Below are positions 1 through 12,000 of a DNA stretch of 64,000 bases, in pieces; the first letter of the stretch is position 1, and every line of letters starts with the position of its first letter. This stretch comes from Amoebophrya sp. A120 (Eukaryota > Protista > Dinoflagellata). Location: NCBI GenBank assembly GCA_905178155.1, contig CAJINV010000013.1, forward strand, positions 2,848,158-2,912,157, read 5' to 3'. A program made the position numbers and the translations under genes. Below the pieces are notes generated by a model, which did no database searches, was not told the origin of the DNA, and saw only the letters and a program-made list of their open reading frames with translations.

Positions 1-3000
1 TAGTTTCCGCTGCGCTTCGGGTGGTTCGCGGATTTTCGGAGCTCGTCGTTTTCCGCTTCGAGGTAAAACAGTTTGTCGACCAGTTCCTGCAGCTTCGCGC
101 CCGAAGAAACGTCGACAGAACCGGTACTACTCCCCTTCGGACCTTTTTTGGTCGTTTCCAACGCTCTTAAATCTTCGGATTGTCTCTTGAACAGAATCTC
201 CAGCTTTTCCTTTTCGATCTTCAGTTTTGGGTAATCTTCGTTCTGCTTTTTCGTTAGCTCGAGCTGCTTCGCGAGAAGTTCGTTCTCTTTGCTCGTTTTG
301 TCCAGTTTCTGGAAGAATTCCGTCGCCGTCACCGAATTCGGCTCGCCGTCGACGTTGACCTTTACCATGGCGCCAACCTCTTGCAGTCTCTTCTCCAACT
401 TGATATTCACGGCGGACAGTTCGGTGATATCATGAAGAAAAATCCCCCCCATATCAAAACGGAAATCTGTGATGCAGATTTGTGGTCACCAATCAGCGTT
501 GTCATGCTAGAAGGGAAAAGATACGGACTGTAGTGCTGGGCGGCGTGGGAAGGCCTTGCATCTTCAGCATGACAGGAGGCAGCTGGAGGTGCGAAACAGC
601 ATGACAAATTGCTTGCAAACGAGGCCACAACTGCGGCTCTTGGTCTTCTAGCAATACAAGGCGATTTGTGTACTCGAATACAGCATCACAAGTTTCGTGC
701 TCGATATGGGGAGGGGGGATTTTTCCTTTTGATAGGCGAGTCGGGTGTGAAATCGCTGCTTTTCGTTCGCCCGGTCCTCCTCCGAGTCGAAGAGCTTCTG
801 CTTCAGCTCCTCGCCGTCTGTGATCACGGACAGTTTCGCCTGCCGCTCGGCGGACGCTTCTGTCAGAGGTGGTTTTTGGTCTGGTTGTTCTTTGGTGTCA
901 CTTTTTCCTGTCGTGGAACTCGAGGCTTTTTGTTCCTCTGCTGGAGTGGAGGAAGAGCTCTTCTCGTCTCTCTTCCCTTGTTCAACATCCACAGCTGCGG
1001 GAGTTGTGGAGGCGTCGGTCTTCTTCTCCCCGACGACGACCTCGGCTGGGTTAATGTCCGTGAACGCTCTCGGGTCTTCCCGCAATAAGTTCGAACTCAT
1101 CACCAAGTCGTGCTTTGTTTTCGCCGTGTAGGTTGCCTCGTCGTCGATGTACTTCGATAAGTATTTCAAACCGTCCTCCAGTTTATCCAGAAATACCTCG
1201 TTTTCCTTCTCCTGCTGTTCTTTCTTCTCCTTATCATCGTTCGGTTTTCTATCCCCTCGGCTGTTCTGCATCGTGGTCAAATCTGTCAACAGATTCTTCT
1301 GGAACCACTCGATCCTGCTCCGGAACAGCTTGTAGCGTTCCGCGTCCCGCTCGAAGATCCGCACGTCGTTCGCCAAATTTCCCGCCTTTTCGATATCGAC
1401 CGTGTGTCTATCATTCAGCTTCTCAATGATTTTTTTCAACTCCTTCGCCTCATTCTCCGAAAACTGCATTTTCTGCTGCATCTGCTCGGTCTTGGCATTC
1501 GCCTGGTCCTTCTCCTCCACGGCCGTTTCGATCTCCGCGCAGAGTGTCTTCATCCGCTTTTGGAAGATTTCCGTGCGGTCGGAAAGCTCCATCTCGAAGA
1601 TCTTTGTCGCTTCAGCGAGCTGCTTCTTCACATGTTCAAACTCCTGCACGGACACCTCCTTCTTGTGCGAAGAACTTGGAACGTGGGAGGAGGAAGTAGC
1701 TTTCGTATTTCCAGCAGATTTGCTACCCTTCTCCTTCCCCGCCCCGGCGAGGGCGCTGCTACTCGCCGACGGTGCCACGCTGGCTGCGCCTCCAGAAGTT
1801 GCAGCTGCGCTCAGCGCGAGCAACTCCTTCGCCAGTTCCTCGTTCTTGTGCTCCAAAACCACCACTCGCTCCACCAAATCCCGAACGCCGCGCCCGGCGT
1901 TGAGCGAGTCCACGTTCTGCGCAAAGGTCTTCGAACTGGCAGAGCTGCCGGAAACGGGGAGTTTCAAATATTCCAGGCCGGCGAGCTCCTCCTGCAGCCG
2001 CTTTTTCAAAATTTCGGTTCTGTCCAGATCGGATTTCAGGGCTTTGTTGTCTTTTTCTAACTCCTTCACCTTCGCGATTTCGATCAAATATCCCTTTTTC
2101 TCCTTTTCCAGCTGCTCCAGCTGTTGAATGACCGTCGCTAAAGACTGCTTCTGCTCCCCGTCGATCGTCTGAAACACGTCCATGGCCTTCAGTTTTTCGC
2201 TCAGACTCGCGTTATGGATTGCAAAAGTGTCTGGGTCCGGAAGATTCTAAACTTGTGATGCTGTCTCTGGATTCTAAAAAAATTTGCACTGCATGACCGG
2301 CAACAGAACTCCACCAGTTTGTGCTACCCGGAGAGGGCATTTCTCATGGGGTAGAGGCATCACAAAGGCCTCTAAAAATCTGTCATGCTGGAGCATGCAT
2401 CACCAACATCATGAGTCTTCCAAAATATGCATGACAAACCTGGCAAGCTTCCAGAACCAGACCCAGACATTTTTACATTTGATACGCGTTCGCATTGGAC
2501 AACTTCGTCACCTGTTCGACCGATCTCTGCCACTCGGTGGAGGTATCAAGTACAAAAGTGTCTGGGTCTGGAAGATTCCGGGATTTGTGATGCATATTTT
2601 CTACGATCCATGACGCACGTAATGCATGATCTAGCATCACAGATCTTTAGAGGGCTTCCTGATGCCTAGTCCGCATGAGAAATGCCCTCTCCGCGTAACA
2701 AAAACTGAACTCCTGTTGCTGGTCACGCAATACAGATTTTTTTGGAATCCAAAAACAGCATGACAAGTTGCAATCTTCCAGACCCAGACATTTTTGCAAT
2801 CCATAGGAGGCTTTGGTGTACAAATCTTCCATCTGCTGCAGCTTCTTCGCGAGCAACTATTACAGTGAAAAATACCCCCACCCCCACAGTTGCAAGAATT
2901 TGTGATGCGAAGTTTCCAAATGAAAACTTTTTGTCATGCATAAAGGGAGTATGAATCTTTCTGATGCAGAGTCCAGGCGTGTATCGCATCGCCAGCATGA

Positions 3001-6000
3001 TGAGCGCCGCTCTTGCTGGGGTCTTTTGCAATACAAATTTTCGCTATTCACGGTTACAAACCTGCGATGCTGATAGATGGAAGACGGCGAATGTTTCATT
3101 TGGAAAGGTTTGCAGTACAAATGCTCCCAAGTTCGGGGGTGGGGGCATTTTTCATTGTAATAGCAACTCCACTTCGTTCACATTCGCTGTCGACGTTGCG
3201 GCTTGCGCCGTCGCGGACAGCTGCGGAGCTGCGCCAGCAGAAGTCAGCCCGGCCGTCAGCGAGTTCGTCGGGAGGTAATTATCGGGGGAATCGGGCGAAC
3301 TCGCGTTCGCGGCGGAGTGGCTGCCCTCGAAGTTCGCGGGGTTCAGACCGCCCGGGTTGCTCTGGATCATGTTCACGATCTGCTGATCCTGCTCCCGCAC
3401 CTGCACTCTTAGTCTGTTATTCTCCGCCGACAGGCTGGTCACCGTCTGTTGCAGTGCCGCGACGGACTCCGTCGTGGGCTGCGCAGCGGTGGTGGTGGCA
3501 CTAACTGTCGGTGTGCTTGATGTCGAAGAGTCGATCACGATCGGGGGAGCTGCAGCAGCTGCTGTTACCCCAGCAGCAGCAGTAATACCTCCCGCGCCGC
3601 TTACTAGCGACGACACGAGACTACTGCTGGCCGCTGCCGCGGAAGAAGTAGCTCCTGCAGTACTTGCCCGTCCGCCCAGCAGGTTCTTCTGCGTTTCCGT
3701 GTCCAGAATGGCTTGCAACGCCGCCACCAGCTGGTCAAAAATCGTTTTCGGCACCGTCGTCGCCGCGCCAACAGCACCAACCTGCCCCGGCCGGTTGTAC
3801 ATGGACGACCCGACCATCCCCGCACCGACCACCCCGCCCGGCCGAATCATGCTGGTCGGACTCCCCGGACGACCGATCATCGAGGACTGCTGCGCGCGAA
3901 CCGCGACCGTAGCCTTGTCCTGCGATTCCTTCAGCGCTTTTGTGATTGAGGAGTGAAACTGATCCAGCCGCTGCTTGGTGTCCGCGATGGTTTTCTCCAA
4001 GTCGGTGATTTTCCTTCCAGATTCGGCAATGGAGCTATCCCCACGCGTGTTCGCGCGGTTCAGGGAGAGGTTTTCGTCTTCGAGTTTGCTCATTTTCAAC
4101 CGGAGTTCCTTTATCGCAAGAAAAAAGTGCTACAGTTACACACTGTGTTGCAAGACCGGCAACACAGATAACCTGTCTCATGCAGGAAATGCTTGGGAGC
4201 CTCGTTTCCTTCCTGTTTAGCCTTATGATTTTCGCATTACAAGTTTTCCCTCCCACACGAAGAAAATTTGTGATGCAGAAACTCCAACAAATGTGTAACT
4301 GTAACACTTTTTTCTCGTGATATCCTTGATCAACTCTTCATTGCTGTATCTTTCCTCCTCCAACTTCTTGATAATTTCCGCGGTTTGCGACTGCTGCGCG
4401 GAGGATGCTGTCGCAGTGGTTGCACCTGCCGCGGCAGACGACGTAGAAGCCGCAGGAGGCGTAGAAGTTGTAGGAGCACCACCTCCCTCAGCTACGTCAA
4501 CCGCCAGCATTCCCTGCTCCTTCGCGTCTTGACACAAGCGGCGGAGCTCCCTGAGCAAAGTTGCGGTCTCGAAGGAGGCGATGGAGACCTGGCCGTCGTA
4601 TTTGGACTTCAGTTTGTCCAATTTCAGCAGCAACTCCCGGGTGTTCGTACCCTTCTGGACCAACGCTGCGTTTTTCTCCACCAAATTCGCAATGGACTGG
4701 GACACCTTCTGCTGCTTCTGGCTCGCCTCCGCCTCGGCCAGATCGGTTTTCGACGCGTTGCGGTCTGGACTAGAGGACGCTGCGATGTCGTCGGGGTTGG
4801 TTGTTTCTGGGAGAAACTGTACGGTTGCGAGATGCTTCCGGATTTGAAACAAAACCCTGTTCACGTTCGCGTCGTCCAACTTCGCCTCCTTCTGTTGGTT
4901 CTCGATCAAGTCCCTCATGTCCTTCTGAAACTGCAACAATTTCCCGTTATTGTTTGTCACAACCGCATACGCCTCGCGGAACTGCTTCACCTTCTCCCGA
5001 AGCGACTGCAGCTCCTTCGCAGAAAGCGTAGTCGCGGCTTCGGCTGTTTGTCCCGCGGGTGGTGCTGTGCTGGGGTCCTTCACAGCCACATTCCCGGTGA
5101 CGATTTGATCCCGCAGGCGGGTCAACTCCTGCTGCTCCTCGCGGAGTCTGCGGTCGAGCGTGGAAATTTGGTCCTGGGCGACGGTCAGTTGCGTTCGGAG
5201 GGTGGTGACCTCGGTCGTGGAAGAAGAACTTGAAGAAGCTCCTGCTGTCCCGAGCACTCCGGATGTTGAGCTTGTCGCCCGCAGCCGCAGCTGCTGATTC
5301 TCCACCTCCAACTGCTGTACTCTGCTGGTCAAAGTTGCGAGTTGCGCACTATTACTAGCACCGGCAGCAGAAGTAGTCGTGCCAACAGCACTTCCACCGC
5401 GCTCCGCCGCTTCTCGGGTCAGTCTTGACTTCGTGACCTCCAGCTCGTAGACCTTTTCCTGTGTTTGTTTCAAGTCGTTTCGCAGCCTCGACTCCTCTTC
5501 GATAGAGAGTCCAGCGCGGGACGGGGACGCACTGCTCAAATCCCGCACTCGTCTCCGCAACGACTCTAATTCAACATTGTCCTGCTCCAACCTCCTTACC
5601 TTCGCCTGCAACGCCGTGAGCTCGTCTAATTGCGATTTCAACCGGTTGTTCTCCTGTTTCACAATCTGCAGCTCCTGATTCGCGGCGGCACTCGCCTGTG
5701 GCGACAGGCCCGATTGGAACGCAGAGCTGGAGGAAGCAGCTCCACCGATTGTCGGAGTAGACATCCCACCTAACGTGGGCGTGCCAAGCGAGGAAGTGAC
5801 GCCGATCTCCTGGGACATCTTCGAGAAGTCTAACGACGTCGCTTTTTTGCTGTTCATGTCCAACTCTTCCAACAACTTCTTGCATTCCTGCTGCAGCGCC
5901 TCCCTCGCGTCCAACGAGCCCATCCCCCGTTGCAGGAGTAAAAAGATCTGCCTGGCCCGCCTCGTCAACTGCTCGTACTCCTCGACCGTTTTTTCGCATC

Positions 6001-9000
6001 GCTGCTTCAACTTCCCGACCTGCAGGCGCAGCAGGTCGTTCTTCTGAGCCAGGCCGAAGTTGGAATTGGATGGGGAAGTGCCTCCTGGCTGTTGATTCAA
6101 CTTCACGATCAAATCGTCCCTCTCTCTCCGGATCCTAGTCACCGTGTCCTCCAAGTCGCGAATTCTGACAGCACTTTGATCACCGCTCAGTGGCTGCGCG
6201 CTAGGCACAGCGCTGCTGGAAGATGAAGCAGCAGTGGCACCACCAGCACTCCCACCGCGTTCGATCTTGCGCTTCAATCGCGCGTTTTCATTTTCCAAAT
6301 CCTCGAGCCGCTGCCGCATGCCCGTAATCGTAGTGGGCGAGCCGATAGTACCTGCCGAGCCGCCACTTATGCCAATTCCACCCCCGATTACGTTTGGCGA
6401 GCTCGTCATCCCGCCCGGCCGTTTTTTCACTTGCTCCAACTCGATTTCCAGGTCGTCGATCCGGTCTAGCAATCTTGCGATTCGCTTATCTTTCTCCACC
6501 ACCTCGTCGATTTTCCCGGTGACCGCCTTCTTCGCATCCTCCAACAGCGCTTTCAACTTCTGCTCCGAGTCTAACGACTGTCTATTCAGCATGGCGTTCG
6601 ACGCTTCTTTCGATTTCCCCGCGATCACTTCGTCCTGGAGGGTCAATAGCCTTCGTTTCATGTCTTCCAGCCGATCTTCGTACGTCCGATTCGTCTTCTT
6701 CAGCTGCCGGATCTCGTCCTCCATCTTGGACTCGTCTTTCTTCGCGAGCAATTTATCTGCTTCTTGCTCGATCTGCTCGGTTTTCCACTTCTCGAGCATC
6801 TGTTTCAGGTTCTTTATCTCGTTGTTCTTTTCCTTCAGCTGCTTGCGGTATCAAATGCAAACATGTCTGGGTCTGGAACTTGTCATGCTGTTTTTGGATT
6901 CTAGAAAAATAAAACTAGCATTGCACAAGCAGCAAGAGGGGTCCAGTTTGTGCTACGCAGACAGGGCATCTGTCATGCGGAAGGCGCATCAGGAAGCTCT
7001 CTAAAAGTCTCTGATGCTAGGTCATGCATTACAGGCTTTATGGGTCATGGAAAATCTGCAAGACAAGTCTTACATCCTTCTAGACCCAGACATTTTTGCA
7101 TTTGATATGCGGCAAATCTGCACAATCCGCGCCAGATTGCTCGCCTCGTAATTCTTCTCCGACTGCTCCAGCTTCTGGTCCATGGCTTTCCGCTCGTGCT
7201 GGTACAGTTCCTGCTCGCGGTGGAGCTGCGCGATTTTCTCCTTCAACGTGTACAATTCGCTGTCCTTGCTCTGGATCGCGGACTGGAGTTTCTCGTGCTC
7301 GGTTTGGTGCTTTTCCAGCAGATTTCCATGTTCCTTGATCACCTTCAACGCCGTGTCGCTGCTGTTTTGCTCCCCTCTGCCAGATCCCAGAGGACCGCTG
7401 TTGTTTGTAGTTCCGCCACCAATCCGCGCGCTGCTCGCACCAGACGACTGCTCTCGCAAATTCCGCACGTTCAGTTGGGTTTCCAACGCGATCAAATTCG
7501 TTTTCAACTCGTTCACCTCCTGTTGGTGGTACCCTCGGTCCTCCTTGATTTTGATCTGCAGTTCCTGTATCTGTTTCTCCCGGGCGGAAAGTTGTTCCTC
7601 TTTTTGATCAATCACGGATTGCAGCAAGTTCACGCTCTGCTTCGCCGCTTCCCCGACCTTTTTCACCTCCTCGTCCTGTTCCCGCAACAGTTCCTGCCTT
7701 AACTTCTGCGCCGCGTCATCCCCCAAGTTTGCCTGCAGTAATTTCAGCTGAATCTCGGAATTTTTCAGTTTTCGCGAAACCGTGTCCAGCTGGAGGTTGA
7801 ACTTCTCCTCCTGGTGTTTCAGATCCTCCTTCAAAGACTCGTTCTCCTGCGATTTCTTCTGCAGCTTGTCCAAAATGTCCTCGATGCCCGACTGCAGCGA
7901 CCACTTCTGCCGCATGGAACTGCGGAGGTTCTGCGAGTCGGACACGTTCTGCCTCGACGAGAGATTGCCTGCTGGTGCTTGTTCCGTAGACTTGTTCAAC
8001 AGTTGCATGGCGGCAGGTCTGTATTGTAAGTTAAGCAGCATCATAATGAGGTTTTTAATAGAAAATCTTGTCATGCGAAAACAACGATGAACCATCAAAA
8101 TTTGTCATGCGAAAAAACCCTACAAATTTTTACCTGTTGTCCTGTATTGCCATCATCACTTCCTGTCCTTCCCGCAATTTCAGCCGCCATCTCTCCTCTT
8201 CCTGCTGCATCTTGACCTCAAAGTGCGCGTTCTGCTTCTGTAATTGCTCGATCGTGTGTTCCTTGGCGTCGTTCGATCGGTACAACTGATCCAGCTGCTC
8301 GGCCAACGAGTCCGCCTTCCGTTGGTTGCGCAACGCCTGGAGTCGTGCGTCGGACAGCTTCGTCGCTAATTGCATCACTTTTCTCCTAGACTCCACCAAC
8401 TCCGCCGTGTGGTCTATGAAACCAGCTCCTGTAGAAGTACTCGGCTGCTGTTGCTGTGCGCCGGACACAGTACTAGAGCCATCCGCCAATGCCGCTGGTT
8501 TGATGCTGCTATCCCCCTTCGCGTTCACACCGGCAAACAGGTCGTTCTTCAAGTCCGACAACAGTTCCTGTCCCTGCCGCGCTTGCTCCTTTGCCTCGTC
8601 GAGTTGGGTCAAAAGTACAGACTTGGATTTTCGAACCGTTTTCAAATCTTCCTCCAACTCGGATTTCCTCTTCGAAATTTCCTCCACTTGGTTCGTCAAA
8701 GAGTAGATTTTTTCCACGGAGAAACTGTTTTTCGCCGACAAGTCTTGCCGCAACTTGTCGTTTTCCAGCAGCGTTTCCGCCAGTTTTTCTCTTAATTCGC
8801 TCAATTCCACCTCCTTTTTCGCCTTCGTTTCTTCAAAATTACTCGTCAGAGTTAATTCCTCTTTCCTCACCTCCTTCAATTCGTTCGAAACGATCGACAG
8901 TTCCCGGTTCGCAAAGCTTCGTTCCCACTGCGCTAGCAGCAGTTTGTACTGCGTCTTCCCCACGTTCAACTCTAAATCATCAGACGCCTGCAACATCCGG

Positions 9001-12000
9001 ATCGTCTCCTGCAAGTGCTTCTTCTCCTCCTGCCGTCGTTTGATCACCCGCTCCAAGTTCTCCGACTGCTTTGCGCACACCTGCAGAATCCCGTTCTTCT
9101 GCGTCAGTTGGATCTTGAGCTGCTCGTTTTCGAACAAAACGGACTCGGCGAGCTTCAATTTCGGCTCGACCTCCTGCAAGGTGATGGTGCCCGCGAGCTT
9201 GATCTCCGTGTTCGCCCGTAACTGTCGTTCTTCGTGCAGCTCCTTCTCCAGCCGGAGGGTCAAATTTTCCAAATCCTGCACCTGCTTCGTCAGCTCCTTT
9301 TGTGTGTTGATTTTGGACTTCAGCTCCATCTCCAGAACCCCCGACCTGCGGTTCGCCGCTGCCATGCGCCACTCCGCAATCTGCGCAGCCATCTGCGTGT
9401 TGGAGGCCTGGGGTTTGGTGTCGAACCTGGACGAGGCGCTGTATTGTTGCTGGACTACTACTTGCTGCGGGATACTGTTGTTCTCTTCTGGGTAAAAGAG
9501 AAATTGCTGCGGCATCTGGTTCTGCCCAGAACCTGAACCAATACCAGAAGACGCGTCATAAGAACTACCTTGTTGCATGTTAGAAACGACCGTTCCTGGC
9601 ATTGGCGGGTTGAACTCGTCGTCTTCGGTTAGCAGCATCCTGCTGGCGTTCTGGAACTGCTTTTTGCACTTGGTCACAAAGTCCTGGTAGTTTACCGTGG
9701 CGATGTGCAGCAGCTTCTGCCGCACCGGTAAGTGGTCGTACTGCTGTTGCTGCATCACTTGCTGCGCGCTCGTTTCGTCGTAGCCGCACCAAGCTGCCAC
9801 CTTCTGCAGCTCTTCCGCATTCGCCAAGGCCTCGTGCGTGTTTTCCTCGAAAAACGCCGGGAGGCCGAAGGTTTTGAACACTTGGAAGATGTCCCCGAGC
9901 TTTACGAATTGACTGTTGTTCTGGAACACATGGAGCATCTTGAAGAAATTCTGCTCCTGCTGCGGCGGCACGCGCTGTTTCACCGCCGCCCAAAAGAGGT
10001 CCTCGCCGGACTTTTTCTGCAGGCCAAACAGGCGAAGCTTCGAAACAAAGGCCAGGAGGGAAACCTGTTCATAGTGGGGTTCGACCCTATCACTTCAATG
10101 TATGCCAATGCCTTCATTCGATGTGGCACAGTCGTGACAGACGAAGAAGCTTCATTTTGCTGCAGCTGCTACATTCGAGAAGATAAAACACAAGAAAAAA
10201 TCTTTGGCGAAATCACCATCCTCACCTCGTTGTAAAACTTCTAGAAATGTTCATTGAATAACGCAAGAAATAAGCCAAATCCTAAAGTACCTTTTTCCCC
10301 GGCCAGGACACCGCCGCATTTTGTCCTCCTCCGCCCGCGTTCATGTTCACATCGGTTTCCCCGACGAACCCAGTACTAGTTGAGGCGCCAGTCCCCAGCT
10401 GGTTCGCGGTCATGGTCAAGTGCCCCAGATCGGCGTTCGACCCCCCGCAGGCTTTCGCGATGGTCTCCATGTCCTCGGGTGTCAACTCGAGCTGCCCGCC
10501 GATCGACGCGATGGAAGACTGCAGAAAGTCGTAGATCGCGGACAACGTCAAGAACCCGTCGTGGTCGGAGTTCAAAACCTTCAATTTGTCCTCCACTTTC
10601 TTCCACGGGGGAGAAATTTCACTACTGGTTTCGTCCGCAAACATGCCCTCCGTGTACCACTCGCCGTAGTGGGAAAATTTTCGTTGCAGCTGCTTCACGA
10701 GAGACCGGAACAAAAAGCATTCCTGCTTGAAGTTCCCGTCGAAGGACTCTAACTTGTTCCGCAGCGTCGTCAACTCGAAGTCCGCCTCGATTTGAATCTG
10801 CTCCAAATCCGCGCACTTTTCCTCCAGCGCGACGAGCTTTCGCAGTTTGTCTTCCCGCTCCGCGTTCAACACGTACAGGTCGGATTGTCGGCGGAGCAAA
10901 TCCATCTCGCGCTGGAGCAAGGTGGAGAGCTGCTTGTTCACCTTTTCGTACTCCTGCATCGGCACCATTTCCTGGATTTTTTTACTCGCGATAGACAAGC
11001 TGGATTCCGCCCGCTGCTTCCACAGAGAGAGTTGCTGCACTTTTTGCTTCAAGTAGTCCTCCGCCTCGGAGGCTTGCAGTTCAATCGTGTCTAAGATCTG
11101 CTTCGTCGCTTATCCTGAGTAAAAACGTCCCCACCCCCTAGCCAAGATGGGGGCTTTACTACACAAATCCGCAAGATGTGGGCGCTGCGCATGACAAATT
11201 GCTACTCGTAGCTTAGTCGTGTTCAGCCTGCTCAGTCGCATCACAAATCGCTCGCCTTGTCCTGATTCCAGCATGACAAAGAACTCATCTCAGATAGCAC
11301 TCAGATATGACCCTCATGGGGCCGCGCATGAGATACATCTCAAGTTAAAGTTTGTTGAATGTGCATGGCAACTATGGCGTGGGGACGTTTCGACTTGGGA
11401 TATCGCCTTGTAATCTTGGTCCAATGCCTGGTACTTCCGCGCCATCTTCGACTCGTTTTCCTCCAAGATCGCGGTCCGTTGCATCAACTTCACGAGCTTT
11501 TCCCGGTCCGATTCGGCTTGCGAGGAGTTTCCTCCGGTCGTGGAGGAGGAGTATTACAGGGAAAAATACCCCCGCCCCGGAATTTGCAAACGTTTCTCAT
11601 GCAAAGTTTCCAAATGAAAGCCTTTTGTCTTGCATGAAAGGATCATGAGCGTTTCTAATCCAGAATCTAGGAGCGCGAGCGCAAGATATCTGCTGCGTAA
11701 CAGATCCGCCTGCTGTTGGGCTCCTTTGCAACATAAATTTGAGCGATTCAGCATAGAAAATTTGTGATGCTGATACAAGCAAGACGGGCAATATCTCCAT
11801 TGGAAAGGTTTGCAATACAAATGCTGCCAAGTGCGGGGGTGGGGGCATTTTTCATTGTAATAAGGAGAGCGTGGCCTTCAAGGATTTCACCTGCTGCTCC
11901 AGCGCGTTCGCGAGACTGACCTTCTCCGTCGCGTCCTTCTCGAGTTTGTCTTTTTCCTCCATCCACAAAGTCTTCTGCTTGAAAAAGTCGTTGTAAACCG

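Noticed and set aside
425-734. TA or TGATA target duplication (Tc1/mariner-like)
   Set aside because: Removing the element with one TA copy shifts the frame; the 5-bp flanking TSD model fits this element and the others.
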